Below, piece by piece: positions 11,030 to 22,200 of a DNA stretch of 64,000 nucleotides. Origin of the DNA: an uncultured Verrucomicrobiae bacterium (lineage in GTDB: Bacteria; Verrucomicrobiota; Verrucomicrobiia; Limisphaerales; Palsa-1400). The stretch lies in assembly GCA_963702845.1 (NCBI GenBank), contig OY969763.1, positions 5,184,001 through 5,248,000 on the forward strand, given 5' to 3'. Each line of letters starts with the position of its first letter. Within the stretch, counting starts at the first letter, position 1. The notes beneath the pieces are model-generated. The model searched no databases. It saw nothing but the letters and a program-made list of their open reading frames with translations, and was not told the origin of the DNA. The translations under genes were made by a program, and so were the position numbers.

Positions 11030-11524
11030 ATGGACGCGCCGATCATCGACCTCCAAAGCGACCACTACTTCATGGGCGAAGCGTTGCGCCAGGCCGCTCG
11101 CGCCTACGAGGCCGAAGAAGTTCCCGTTGGCGCAGTCATCGTCCGAGCCGGTCGAGTCATTGCTCGCGCCTTCAACCAGGTCGAACTCCTCAAAGACGCC
11201 ACCGCCCACGCCGAAATGCTCGCCATCACGCAGGCCGAAGAGTTGGTCGGCGACTGGCGGTTGAACGACTGCACCATCTACGTCACCAAGGAACCGTGCC
11301 CAATGTGCGCCGGTGCATTAGTTCACGCGCGATTAGGCCGAGTCGTCTTCGGAGTGCGCGACCCAAAAGCTGGCGCGGCCGGCAGCGCGTTGAACCTGCT
11401 CCAATTCCCGACGCTCAATCACAAATGCGACATCACACCCGCCGTTCGGGAGGCGGAGTGCCGCACCATGCTGCAAAATTTTTTCCTCGAACAACGCGAA
11501 AAACCGAAGCCGCCGCTCTCTTGA
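11030..11524 (+). CDS. tadA: tRNA-specific adenosine(34) deaminase
   Basis: EVPVGAVIV, DATAHAEM, TKEPCPMCAGA, DPKAGAAGS. Confidence 0.93.
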   Translation: MDAPIIDLQSDHYFMGEALRQAARAYEAEEVPVGAVIVRAGRVIARAFNQVELLKDATAHAEMLAITQAEELVGDWRLNDCTIYVTKEPCPMCAGALVHARLGRVVFGVRDPKAGAAGSALNLLQFPTLNHKCDITPAVREAECRTMLQNFFLEQREKPKPPLS

Positions 11525-11561
11525 TTTGGCAGCAGCCCGAACGCCGAGGCGGGTTTCACTG

Positions 11562-12224
11562 TTAACGGAGGGCGCCCTGGAGCAAGAGGGTCAGGGCTTC
11601 TTTCAGCCCCTGGTCGATGGTGGGAACTTTGTATTGCTGTTTTGCGTTGAGGTAGCGGTTGCGGGTAAGTTTTTGTTCGGTCGTGTCGGTCAGGCCCAGT
11701 AGCAACGCCCATGCGTAGCTTATGATACGGCGGCCTTGTTGCGGCGGGAGGCCGTGGGCGACGAAGAGGCGGTCGACTTGTTGCATTCGGGGCTCGATTC
11801 GAGCATGGAGTTTTTGGTGGGCCTCTGACGGGACTTTGTCGGAGAGGCTTTTTAGGAGGCGGCTTAAGCGTTGGGAGTGGGCGGCTTTCTTTAAGGAGTC
11901 CTGGATGGCGTTGGCGAGGGTTTCGGGGCTCGCGGGCTTTCGGACGGTTTCCAGCCGGGTTTTCAGATTTTCCAGGATTTCCTCGACGGCGACGCCGAGG
12001 AGTTCCATCAGGATGACGCTTTTGTTATCGAAATAGAGGTAAACGGTGCCCTTGGCGAGGCCGGCGCGTTTGGCGAGGGACTCGATGGTGAAATCTTCGG
12101 CGGTGTGGACGCGGCGCAATTCGGTTTCGGCGGCGCGGAGGATGAGGTGGCGGCGCTCGTCTTTCTGCTCGGGTAAATCGGCGCGCTTGAAACGGGTGCG
12201 AACAGGTATTTTACGCGTCGTCAT
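11562..12224 (-). CDS. TetR/AcrR family transcriptional regulator
   Basis: FTIESLAKRAGLAKGTVYLYFDNK HTH; divergent from the efflux operon. Confidence 0.9.
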   Translation of the reverse strand: MTTRKIPVRTRFKRADLPEQKDERRHLILRAAETELRRVHTAEDFTIESLAKRAGLAKGTVYLYFDNKSVILMELLGVAVEEILENLKTRLETVRKPASPETLANAIQDSLKKAAHSQRLSRLLKSLSDKVPSEAHQKLHARIEPRMQQVDRLFVAHGLPPQQGRRIISYAWALLLGLTDTTEQKLTRNRYLNAKQQYKVPTIDQGLKEALTLLLQGALR

Positions 12225-12263
12225 CGGCTCTAAAATAGAGCGAGAGTCAAACTACGTCCAGAA

Positions 12264-12342
12264 CTAATGAACGCCGGTCATTAGAAATTGACAATTGGGG
12301 AGGAAATCTTATGGTGAGTCACTAATGAATAGCGGTCATTTG
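12264..12342. promoter_or_regulatory. Two probable TetR operators flanking a sigma70 promoter of emrAB
   Basis: CTAATGA-N7-TCATTAG (12264-12284) and CTAATGA-N7-TCATTTG (12322-12342); TTGACA (12288) N16 TATGGT (12310) between them. Confidence 0.7.
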
Positions 12343-13539
12343 CAAGATAAGGCGGAAGGGAAAATAGCAATACAGGAGCCGGTGCTGACTCGGTCCGCAA
12401 CGTCACACGAAGCGCCGCGGCAGAATAACGGCGGCGACAGGCAAAAAGCCGGGCGCTCAAAGACGGCGTTGTGGGTGTTTGCGATTGTAGCCTTGCTGGT
12501 CGTGGGGTGTGCGGCTTGCTGGTTGTACTACTACGAAACGCGGGGGAAATATTTTGAAAGCACGAACGACGCATACGTCGAGGCGGATATGGTGACGATT
12601 GCGCCGAAGGTTTCCGGATATGTTGATGAGGTTTATATCGGGAACAATGACACGGTGCGTGCAGGGCAACCACTCTTACACATCGATGCGCGTGAATACA
12701 GCGCGCAAGTAGCGCATTTGACGGCGCAGGTGGCGGTAGCGCATGCGAATGCGGATAACGTGCAGGCGTCGATTCGGGAGCAGCAGGCGGCAGTGGAACA
12801 GGCGCGGGCGGAAATCGCGCTGGCATTGACTGAGGCTAATTATACTTCGAACCAGGTTGCGCGTTATGAGCCGTTGGTTGCGACTGGCGCGGAAAGTGCG
12901 GAACGTTTGACGACGCTGCGCAAAGAGGCTGAAGCGGCGGCGGGAAAGTTGTCTGTGTCGCAAGCGGCGTTGACCGTGGCTGAGCGGCGGGCTGAATCGT
13001 TGGCAGCGCAGGTGCGCGAGGCCGCGGCGCAAGAGGAAAGCGCCAAGGCGCAATTAGCGGCTGCAAATGTTTTGCTGGAATCGGCGACAATTCGCGCGAG
13101 CGCTGATGGGAAAGTCGGGGACAAGACGGTGCAGCTCGGGCACTTCGTGCAGGCCGGCACGCGGTTGATGTCGATTGTTCCGATGTCGGATATTTATGTG
13201 ACGGCGAATTTTAAGGAGACGCAGATCGGCCGCATGCAGCCGGGCCAGGCGGTCACGATCGCGGTCGATGCGTTGCCGGGGGTGAAAATCAATGGACGAG
13301 TGGCCAGTATTTCTCCGGGGACTGGCGCTGAGTTTTCTTTGATTCCGCCACAGAACGCGACGGGTAATTTCACGAAGATTGTGCAACGGGTTCCGGTGCG
13401 GATTTCTATCGAAGCGGCGCCGGACCAGCGGCGCGTCCTGGTGCCGGGTTTGTCGGTGACTGTGACGGCGGACACGTTCGCCAAGGTGAAGGCGGCCGCG
13501 AATGTTACGGCAACTGCGTCGAGTGTTGTTGCGAAATGA
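12325..13539 (+). CDS. EmrA/HlyD family membrane fusion protein
   Basis: STNDAYVEAD..IAPKVSGYV, ANFKETQI, FSLIPPQNATGNFTKIVQRVPVRI. Confidence 0.9.
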   Translation: MNSGHLQDKAEGKIAIQEPVLTRSATSHEAPRQNNGGDRQKAGRSKTALWVFAIVALLVVGCAACWLYYYETRGKYFESTNDAYVEADMVTIAPKVSGYVDEVYIGNNDTVRAGQPLLHIDAREYSAQVAHLTAQVAVAHANADNVQASIREQQAAVEQARAEIALALTEANYTSNQVARYEPLVATGAESAERLTTLRKEAEAAAGKLSVSQAALTVAERRAESLAAQVREAAAQEESAKAQLAAANVLLESATIRASADGKVGDKTVQLGHFVQAGTRLMSIVPMSDIYVTANFKETQIGRMQPGQAVTIAVDALPGVKINGRVASISPGTGAEFSLIPPQNATGNFTKIVQRVPVRISIEAAPDQRRVLVPGLSVTVTADTFAKVKAAANVTATASSVVAK

Positions 13540-15077
13540 CGTCGAAAACCTCAGTTCCAGAGCGGGCGGATTGGTCGGCCTGGCTCGCGGTGATCGCGGG
13601 CGCTCTTGGGGCGCTGATGGCGACGTTTGATATTTCGATCGTCAACTCGTCACTGCCGACGATCCAGGGTGAGATTGGCGCGACCGGGTCGGAAGGAACG
13701 TGGGTCGCGACGGCTTATCTGGTTGCGGAAATTATCATCATTCCGTTGTCGGCGTGGTGTTCACGGCTTCTGGGATTGCGCACGTTTTTGCTTTGTGCGG
13801 CGACATTGTTTACGGGGTTTTCCATTTTGTGCGGTTGTTCAACGACGTTGGTGATGATGATTGTTGGCCGCGTGGGACAGGGGATCACGGGAGGCGCGCT
13901 GATTCCGACGGCAATGACGATCATTGCGACGCGATTGCCGCGCCGGCAGCAGCCGATTGGCAATTCGATTTTCGGAGCGGTGGTGATCCTTGGCCCGGTG
14001 ATTGGGCCGCTGCTTGGCGGTTGGTTGACGGAAAACGTCAGCTGGCACTACGCATTTTTTCTGAATATCCCGATTTGTGCGCTCCTGGTTGTTACGCTGC
14101 TGGCGACGATGCCGCATCAGCCGATGAAGCTGGAACATTTGTTGGAAGCGGATTGGTTGGGAATCATTGGAATGGCAATGGGATTGGGTGGCTTGACGGT
14201 GGTGCTCGAGGAAGGGCAGCGGGAACTGTGGTTTTCGTCGCCGTTGATTTGTGCGTTGACGGGCGTGTCGTTGATCGGTTTCGTTCTGCTGTCGATTGGA
14301 CAGATGATTGCGCCGAAGCCAGTGATTGAATTGCGGTTGCTGCGGGATCGCCAATTCAGTGGAGTGGTGGTGATGGCGGCAGTCGTCGCTGTTGTGAGTT
14401 ATGGCACCTCGTTCGTGCTGCCGCAGTTTCTTGCCGGCATTTCCGATTACAATGCGGTGCAGTCCGGAAGAATAGTGATGCTCGCTGGGATTCCGATGGG
14501 GTTGATGATGCCGGTGATGCCGTTGTTGCTGCGCAAAGTGAATGTCCGGGTGGCTGTGGCGAGCGGGTTGTTGATCCTGGCTATCAGTTCGTTTCTGGAT
14601 ACGGACATCACGGCGATTTCGGACGGAAGCGCGTTTGCGATGTCGCAGATTTTGCGTGGCATCGGGACGATTTTGTCGGCGGTGTTCTTGAATCAGGCGG
14701 CGGTGCGGTCGGTGTCGCGCGAGCAGGCGGCGGATGCGGCGGGACTGTACAATGCGGCGCGCAATTTGGGTGGTTCATTGGCGCTGGCAAGCCTGGGCAT
14801 GTTGCAGGAGCACCGTGTGTGGCTGCACAGTCGCAGGTTGGAGGAATCGATCAGGGCGAATTCGGTGCAAGTGCAAGATTTCGTCGCTCAGCAGAGCCAC
14901 GCGCTCGGGAGTCACTCGGCGGTTTTGCGCGGAATTGAAGGCGTGATTCAAACACAAGCGGCTGTGATCAGCTACGCGGATGTGTTTTGGCTTTTGTCGA
15001 TAGGGATCGTGTTGGTGATCCCGTGCGTGTTTTTGTTGCGACCGCTGCCGGATTCGGAGTTGGTGGCGGCGCATTAG
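13536..15077 (+). CDS. EmrB/QacA (DHA2) MFS efflux transporter
   Basis: DISIVNSSLPTIQGEIGAT..EGTWVATAYL, GPVIGPLLGGWLTE; many TM segments. Confidence 0.9.
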   Translation: MTSKTSVPERADWSAWLAVIAGALGALMATFDISIVNSSLPTIQGEIGATGSEGTWVATAYLVAEIIIIPLSAWCSRLLGLRTFLLCAATLFTGFSILCGCSTTLVMMIVGRVGQGITGGALIPTAMTIIATRLPRRQQPIGNSIFGAVVILGPVIGPLLGGWLTENVSWHYAFFLNIPICALLVVTLLATMPHQPMKLEHLLEADWLGIIGMAMGLGGLTVVLEEGQRELWFSSPLICALTGVSLIGFVLLSIGQMIAPKPVIELRLLRDRQFSGVVVMAAVVAVVSYGTSFVLPQFLAGISDYNAVQSGRIVMLAGIPMGLMMPVMPLLLRKVNVRVAVASGLLILAISSFLDTDITAISDGSAFAMSQILRGIGTILSAVFLNQAAVRSVSREQAADAAGLYNAARNLGGSLALASLGMLQEHRVWLHSRRLEESIRANSVQVQDFVAQQSHALGSHSAVLRGIEGVIQTQAAVISYADVFWLLSIGIVLVIPCVFLLRPLPDSELVAAH

Positions 15078-15165
15078 CGGGCGTCCCGTGCCATTTATTG
15101 CGAAGGGCAGGCGCATGTGGTCGAAGCCTCACGGGCCCGAAATCGCACCTGATTTTATTGGTGCC

Positions 15166-15179
15166 AATCAGCGCTGATT
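15166..15179. promoter_or_regulatory. Perfect 14-bp palindrome, possible repressor operator of the sugar-catabolism operon
   Basis: AATCAGCGCTGATT about 60 nt upstream of 15241. Confidence 0.35.
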
Positions 15180-15240
15180 AACGGTTCACTTCCGAAGCCG
15201 TTTCTGTAACATCGTTTTCACAAAGAACGTCCTGAAAACT

Positions 15241-16566
15241 ATGAACCGATTTCCTGACTACTCGCGCCGCCATTTTCTCGCGACCTCATCGCTCGCAGTG
15301 GCTGGCGTTTTTTCGTCCAATTCCATTTTTGCTAAAAACGTTAAAGCCAAAGGCGGTCCCGTCGAATCCTTCACGCGCAATGGGGACACTCTGAAGGTTG
15401 GCTTGATTGGTTGTGGCGGTCGCGGCAGTGGGGCGGCGGCGAATGCGTTGAATGCGGACTCGAATGTCGTGCTTGTCGCGATGGCGGATGCGTTCCAAGA
15501 CCAGCTCGACTCCAGTCTCGGACACCTCAAAGCGGAATTCGGCGCGCGCGTGCAGGTGGATCCGGAGCGGCGGTTTGTTGGTTTCGATGCTTATAAGAAA
15601 TTGATCGATAGCGATGTCGATGTCGTCTTGCTGGCGACACCACCCGGTTTTCGTCCGATGCATTTGGAATACGCCGTCGCGAAGAAAAAGCACATTTTCA
15701 CGGAGAAACCGATGGCGGTGGACGGCCCTGGCATTCGTTCTGTTCTCAAAACCGTTGAAGAATCGAAGAAGAATAACAAGTGCCTCGTGGCTGGTTTTTG
15801 CTGGCGCTATCACTATCCGAAGCGCGAGACGTTCAAGCAGCTTCACGACGGCGCAATCGGCGATATCCGCACGATTTACACGACTTATAATACCAGCCGG
15901 GTTGGGAAAGAATCGCAGCCCTACGACCGCCAAAACACCCCGCGCGTGATGGAGTGGATGATGCGTCGCTGGTATTTCTTCACCTGGCTTTCGGGCGATC
16001 ACATCGTCGAACAAGCTGTGCACAGCATCGATAAGATGTCGTGGGCGATGGGCGAAGCCGACCCGGTTAGCTGCATCGCCACCGGCGGGCGACAGGTTCG
16101 GACAGAACCAAACAACGGCAACATCTACGACCATTTCGCAGTCGTATACGATTATCCGAATGGCGTGAAAGGTTTCCATTTTTGCCGTCAGCAGGATCGC
16201 TGCGACGGCACTGTCCAGGAAGACATCGCCGGGACCAAAGGCATGTGCCACCTGAAAGGTGAAATCCATCAGATCATTGGCGAGAAGAAATGGAAATACG
16301 AAGGGCCGAAGAACGACATGTATCAGACCGAACATGACGAAATGTTTGCCGCGATTCGTTCCGGTAACGTCATCAACAACGGCGACCGCATGATCAAGAG
16401 CACCGCGCTCGCTGTGATGGGTCGTATGGCTGCTTACACCGGCAAGGTCATCACGTGGGAAGATTGCATCGCTTCGAAGGAATCGATTGTGCCGGCGGAC
16501 ATGTCATGGGACTCGAAAGTTGAAGTCCCGCAGGTCGCGATGCCTGGCCACACGGCATTTATTTAA
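15241..16566 (+). CDS. Tat-exported Gfo/Idh/MocA oxidoreductase
   Basis: SRRHFL Tat motif, GLIGCGGRG, EKP motif. Confidence 0.9.
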   Translation: MNRFPDYSRRHFLATSSLAVAGVFSSNSIFAKNVKAKGGPVESFTRNGDTLKVGLIGCGGRGSGAAANALNADSNVVLVAMADAFQDQLDSSLGHLKAEFGARVQVDPERRFVGFDAYKKLIDSDVDVVLLATPPGFRPMHLEYAVAKKKHIFTEKPMAVDGPGIRSVLKTVEESKKNNKCLVAGFCWRYHYPKRETFKQLHDGAIGDIRTIYTTYNTSRVGKESQPYDRQNTPRVMEWMMRRWYFFTWLSGDHIVEQAVHSIDKMSWAMGEADPVSCIATGGRQVRTEPNNGNIYDHFAVVYDYPNGVKGFHFCRQQDRCDGTVQEDIAGTKGMCHLKGEIHQIIGEKKWKYEGPKNDMYQTEHDEMFAAIRSGNVINNGDRMIKSTALAVMGRMAAYTGKVITWEDCIASKESIVPADMSWDSKVEVPQVAMPGHTAFI

Positions 16567-16569
16567 TGC

Positions 16570-16902
16570 ATGAAGCTGCCGAACGGAGATCGAGCAGTTG
16601 TGGACCTCGCCAAGCTCCGCGATTATTCGCTCGATCCTGTTCACGAAGAAGGTAAACACAAAGCTCGTGTGTTTTCCGCCGCACTCGGCATTGGCCGATC
16701 ACAAGCGGAATGGCTTCGAAGCGAACTGCTGAGGCTCGCGCAAACCGCTGATTGCGAGTTGGGGCGCAAGACGGATTACGGCCAACGATTCGTAATGAAC
16801 TGCTCGTTAACCCACTCGGGCCAAAGTGCGCGCATTCGAGTTGTGTGGAATATTCGTCCAGACGAGGATTTCCCTCGAATGATAACCTGCTACGTGATAT
16901 AG
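16570..16902 (+). CDS. Small DUF6883-like protein (putative toxin of a two-gene module)
   Basis: KLRDYSLDPVHEEGKHKARVF...YGQRF...W......PRMITCY family pattern. Confidence 0.65.
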   Translation: MKLPNGDRAVVDLAKLRDYSLDPVHEEGKHKARVFSAALGIGRSQAEWLRSELLRLAQTADCELGRKTDYGQRFVMNCSLTHSGQSARIRVVWNIRPDEDFPRMITCYVI

Positions 16903-16909
16903 GAACCGA

Positions 16910-17131
16910 ATGCAGAAAACGCCGGTTAAACTGTTGGACGTTGTGGCTCTGCTCAATGACAGGCCATCGGACAACCTGGCCTCAGGTCAGGTGGGCACCG
17001 TCGTGGAAGTGCTCGCACCGGATGTGTTTGAGGTAGAGTTTTTGGATTCAAACGGACGAACGATTGCGCTCGTCGAATTAAACCGCTCTGAACTGCTGGT
17101 GCTCAAGCACGAACCGGCTCTCGCCCATTAA
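16910..17131 (+). CDS. DUF4926 domain protein
   Basis: LLDVVALL.D.P...L..GQVGTVVE......FEVEF.D..GRT. Confidence 0.75.
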   Translation: MQKTPVKLLDVVALLNDRPSDNLASGQVGTVVEVLAPDVFEVEFLDSNGRTIALVELNRSELLVLKHEPALAH

Positions 17132-17132
17132 C

Positions 17133-18017
17133 ATGAATCGCCGACAATTTATCCAGCGCACTGCCGCAACGGTTACACTTGCTGCGGCTATGCCTTCTCT
17201 TTTTGCGCAGGAGAAAAAGCGTGAGATCAAAAAAGCGATCATGTATGCGACGGTCGGCGTGAAAGGCTCCGTCCTGGAGAAGTTCAAGGCGATCAAAGCG
17301 GCTGGGTTTGCCGGCGTTGAGCCGATGAGCCATATGAACCAGGATGAAGTCCTGAAGGCTCGCGACGAGGCGGGTTTGGTCACCCCCAGTGTTTGTTGCT
17401 CGACGCATTGGCAGGAAAACATGGCGAGCCCGGATGCGGCGATGCGCGAGCGCGCGCTCGCTGGTTTGAAGCAGACCCTGCAAGACGCCAAACGTTACGG
17501 CGCGACTTCGGTCCTGTTCATTCCGGCCGTGGTCAGTAAAGAGGTTCCTTACGCCGACGCCTACAAGCGTTCTCAGGAGGAGCTGAAGAAGGCGATTCCG
17601 ATGGCCGAAGATCTCGGTGTTAAAATCGCCATTGAAAATGTTTGGAATAATTTTCTGCTCAGCCCGATGGAAGCGGCACGTTATGTGGATGAATTTAACA
17701 GCAAAGCGGTCGGCTGGCATTTCGATATTGGCAACGTGATGCGGATCGGTTGGCCGGAGCAGTGGATTGAAGTCCTCGGCAAACGAATTCAAAAGCTGCA
17801 CATCAAGGAATTCAGCCGCGAGAAAATGAACTCGCAGGGTTTATGGAAGGGGTTCGACGTGAAGCTGCGGGAAGGCGACAATAATTGGCCGCGCGTGATG
17901 GCGGCGTTGGACAAGGTCGGCTACAACGGCTGGGGCATCGCCGAGCAGGGCGGCGCTGATTCACCGGAAGGGATGCAGGATATTTCGTCGCGGATGGATA
18001 AGATTTTCGCGAGCTAA
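17133..18017 (+). CDS. Tat-exported sugar phosphate isomerase/epimerase (xylose-isomerase-like TIM barrel)
   Basis: MNRRQFI, IAIENVWNNFL, FDIGN, KLHIKEF. Confidence 0.88.
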   Translation: MNRRQFIQRTAATVTLAAAMPSLFAQEKKREIKKAIMYATVGVKGSVLEKFKAIKAAGFAGVEPMSHMNQDEVLKARDEAGLVTPSVCCSTHWQENMASPDAAMRERALAGLKQTLQDAKRYGATSVLFIPAVVSKEVPYADAYKRSQEELKKAIPMAEDLGVKIAIENVWNNFLLSPMEAARYVDEFNSKAVGWHFDIGNVMRIGWPEQWIEVLGKRIQKLHIKEFSREKMNSQGLWKGFDVKLREGDNNWPRVMAALDKVGYNGWGIAEQGGADSPEGMQDISSRMDKIFAS

Positions 18018-19093
18018 AAAAGCTCCAACTGCGGCCCGCTCGGCCGACGAAACGCCGTTGTGGACAAAACAGGCCGTCTGCCAAAAATGCCGGCCTTGCG
18101 GCAGGCGATCTCGAAGGTCTTCTCGATTTGCTCGGCGAAAATGCCGTGGCCGCTCATGCGCGAACCGAAGTTTGGGTCATTCAACTTTCCGTCGCGCATG
18201 GCGCGGATTCGGTTCAGCACTTTGTCCTTTTTGCCGGGCGCGTGAACATCGAGCCATTTTTCGAACAGGTCCTTCACCGCGTGCGGCAAGCGCACGACGA
18301 TGTAGCCGGCGTATTTTGCACCAGCGTCGGTGGCGCGCTCGATGAGAGGAAGCATCTCGTGATCAGTGAGTCCGGGAATCGTCGGCCCCATCATCACGCC
18401 GACGGGCACGCCTGCGTCTGAAAGCTTCTTGATCGCTTCGATGCGCTGCGCAGGCATTGAGGTGCGCGGTTCCATCACGCGCGCCAGATCGGAATCCAAC
18501 GTCGTCACCGAAATAAATACTGCCGCCGCCTGGTGCTTCGCCAGTTCTTGCAACAAGTCGATATCACGAGTGACCAGATGGTTTTTGGTGATGATGGAAA
18601 CTGGATTTCGAAACTCGGCAAACACTTCCAGACAGCCGCGGGTGATTTCCAGTTTCTTTTCGATCGGTTGATAACAATCGGTGTTCCCACTCATCGCGAC
18701 GACGCGCGGCTTCCATCGCGGCGACATGAGCTCTTTGCGCAACAGTTTCGGCGCGTCCTCTTTCACCATGATTTTGCTCTCAAAATCGAGCCCGGCCGAG
18801 AATCCTAAATACTCATGGGTCGGCCGCGCATAACAATAGATGCAGCCGTGTTCGCAACCGCGATAGGGGTTGATGCCGGTTTCGAAGCCGACGTCCGGCG
18901 AGTCGTTGTCCGTGAGGACCGATTGCGTTTTGTCTTTGAAATACTTCGTGCGCAAAGCTTTGCGACTGTCAGCCACGTCATCGGCTGACAGCGATGCATC
19001 GGCATCGGCGTCCACCTCGACGTGCAATTCCTCAAAGCGATTAGCCGGATTAAACGGCGCGCCTCGACCATGGATTGGAATTGCGGGTTGCAT
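18014..19093 (-). CDS. PA0069/Rv2578c-family radical SAM protein (SplB-like)
   Basis: GRGA..NPANRFE, NPYRGCEHGCIYCYARPTHEY, NTDCYQPIE; ends QLELF. Confidence 0.9.
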   Translation of the reverse strand: MQPAIPIHGRGAPFNPANRFEELHVEVDADADASLSADDVADSRKALRTKYFKDKTQSVLTDNDSPDVGFETGINPYRGCEHGCIYCYARPTHEYLGFSAGLDFESKIMVKEDAPKLLRKELMSPRWKPRVVAMSGNTDCYQPIEKKLEITRGCLEVFAEFRNPVSIITKNHLVTRDIDLLQELAKHQAAAVFISVTTLDSDLARVMEPRTSMPAQRIEAIKKLSDAGVPVGVMMGPTIPGLTDHEMLPLIERATDAGAKYAGYIVVRLPHAVKDLFEKWLDVHAPGKKDKVLNRIRAMRDGKLNDPNFGSRMSGHGIFAEQIEKTFEIACRKAGIFGRRPVLSTTAFRRPSGPQLELF

Positions 19094-19097
19094 CTGT

Positions 19098-19156
19098 CGG
19101 CAGGACGAATATGTGCTGTCAAATGTCCACTTGTTTCGATTTCGGTTTAATGATAA
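19098..19156 (+). promoter_or_regulatory. Upstream element of Ig/RCC1 gene 1, duplicated at 23432-23490
   Basis: cggcaggacgaaTAtgtgctgtcaaat...cacttgtt...atgataa aligns without gaps to 23432-23490. Confidence 0.7.
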
Positions 19157-19213
19157 ACCAACAGTCAGCCTACAACAACTCAACTCCGTTCCGGGTGGTG
19201 CGGGCAATAAGCA

Positions 19214-22200
19214 ATGAATCCAATACGTCCTTTGGGCGGGCTGATCGCTCTGCTCGTAATGTTATGTTGTATACCGGAAACACGGGGTCAAAATGCGCCG
19301 TCGATAACGACGCAACCGCAAAGCGCCACGGCGGTCGTGGGCGGGGCGACGAATTTGTTCGTCGTAGCCACCGGCAATGCGCCGCTGCGCTACCAATGGT
19401 ATGCAGGCACGACGGCGCTGGTTGATGATGCCCACCTCACCGGCAGCACTAATGCGGCACTGAGTCTAACCAACATCACCACGGCTGATGCGGCTAGTTA
19501 TTCTGTCGTTGTCAGTAATGCGTCGGGCGTCGTGACCAGCCTTGTCGCAACCGTCACGGTGGTTTCGCTGCCGGTGATTAATATCGTCAACAATCCGGCA
19601 GTTGCGATTGGCGGCAATGTGAACCTGGGCGCTAGTATTTTCAGTACCGCATCGTTAACAAATCAATGGTTTTTCAACGGCGTTCCGGTTGTCACAAACG
19701 AAAGGTTCGTCATCAACGAATATCCGTTCGTTTCCGGCGGCGGCATCAACAGCGTGTTGACCATTTTGAACGCGCAGGTTTCCGATGCGGGTACCTACTG
19801 GCTGGTCGCGTCCAACTTGGCCGGCGGGACAACCAGTTCATGCACGTTGGTGGTGGGCTACCCACCCGAGATCACGCAGCATCCGCAACCGCAAACGGTC
19901 ACAAACGGTTATACCGTTGTGTTCAACGTTGCTGCGACGGGCTCTGATCCATTGAGTTACAAATGGAATTACAACAGTAGTCCTCTTTCTGATGATGCCC
20001 GGCATTTTGGAACAACCACAGCGTCGTTGACGATTTCAAACACCTTGAGCTCGGACAGTGGGTCGTACTCTGTAGACGTTGCCAATGCGATCGCTACAAG
20101 TTATAGCAGCAACGTCCTGTTGACGGTTCTTGTTCCTCCAGCTGTCACAAAACAGCCGCTGTCGCGCTCGGTTCCGCAGGGTTTGCCGACTACGTTCAGC
20201 AGCACGGGCACCGGTTCCGCGCCGCTTTCATTTCAGTGGCGTTTGAACGACGTCGCCATCTCGGGCGCGACAGCATCAGACCTGAAGCTGACGTCCGTGG
20301 GTCTGACAAACCTCGGCACTTACACGCTCGTGCTCAGCAATTCGGCAGGCACAGTGACGAGCAGTCCCGCCGCGCTGACGTTTGGGCCAGTTGCGCCCTG
20401 GGGTGACAACACTTACAATCAAGGATTGCCGCCGGCTGGGCTGACGAATGTCATCGCGATCGGCGCGGCTGGGAACAGCGATTATGCCTTACTCGCGGAC
20501 GGTTCGCTTTTGCATTGGGGTATCAGCACCAACATCACGCCGAACGTTTCGAATCTGGTTGCAATGTCCATCGCATACACCGAAACAGGCATCGGATTGC
20601 GCTCGGATGGAGTGGCTGTGGGCATCAACCGCACGCTTTCTGGTGCTCCCTGGACGAACATCGTGGCCGTGGCGGCAGCGCCTTCTTATGTGTATGCGTT
20701 GCGCTATGACGGCACTGTTCTCGGCACCGACTCGCTCGTTCCGGCCAATCTCGACAATGTCACCGCTATTTCCGCCAGCGGCACGCAGGTGATGGCTTTG
20801 CGCAATGACGGAACAGTTGTGACCTGGGCTGTAACGGCCGGTGCGCCGATCACGCCCCCTTCCCCTCTGGCGAATATTACCGCGATTGCCAGTGGTTATA
20901 ATTTCTGTCTCGCGGTGAAGTCCGATGGCCACATCGTTGCGTGGGGAAACAACCTGTCCACAAACATTCCGGCATCCGCAACCAACGTGGTAGCCGTCAG
21001 TGCAAGTCAGGCGTCGGGTAGCTCACCCCTTGCGGCAGCATTGCGTGCGGATGGCACAATTGTGACATGGGGCAGCACGGGCATCGTCGTCCCGACCAAT
21101 GCCATTGCACCGTCAAAAATCAGCAATGCTGTAGCAGTCGCTGTGGGGACAGGAAATGGCGTCGCACTCGTGAATAACGGTTTGCCACTGCTGGTGCAAC
21201 CGCCCGTAGGCGGCACGGCGTACTCGGGGCGTAATTTCACTTTACGCGGACTGGCGATCGGTGCGGCACCACTGTCGTATCAATGGTTTCATGATGGAGC
21301 AATCGTCACCAACGCTACGAATTCAGCGCTCGTTTTGCCGAACGTTTCTACGTCAGATGCGGGCGGGTATCAACTGGTGGTCACGAACGCGCTGGGCTCA
21401 ACGACCAGCATCGCTGCGACTGTTCGCGTGAACGATAGCACGCCTTTTGTGTTGCAAGGGCCGGTCAGCCAAACATTTTACGTCGGCGCGACTGGCTCGC
21501 TGGGACGACCCATTAATGGTTCGGGACCAATGACAGTTCAATGGCGCTATCACCCCATCGCGAGTATTGGCATTTACACGAACATCCCCGGAGCAACAAA
21601 CGAATACCTTGTTTTCAATCCCGTCAATGTCGGCAATGGAGGTTCCTATAGCGTGATCGCCAGCAATGCATTCGGCGTCTACACCAGTCCGTTGCTCTCG
21701 CTCACGGTGCGCCAGGTTGTGGCGTGGGGGATTAGCACTTACGGGAATACCAATGTGCCGACGTCGCTGACTAACGCGACCGCCGTCTGCGGTGGTAATT
21801 ACTACAATTCATTCGCGCTTAGGGATGACGGATCTGTGTTGGCGTGGGGATTGAGTACATCTGGTGGTGTTGTGCAGAGTGGATTCAGCAACATCGTCGA
21901 AGTGATTTGCGCGTCCTCGGGCGGCGGCACTCCTGTATTGGGTTTGCGCATGGATGGGACGGTCGCCAGTTCAGGACTCAACGGGGCCGAGTCGAACATC
22001 GTCGCGAAGCTGTCGGGCATTGTGGCAGTGGAATCGGATGGGGGTGGTCGGACGTTTCTGAAACCGGACGGCACGATCTTGCGCCTCTATTCCGGGGGGA
22101 CGACCAATTTCCTCAGTATCAGCAATGTTGTATCGTTATCGCAATGGGATGACGGGTTCCAGGCGTTGCGGGCGGATGGGACGGTTTTTAACTCTGGAAG

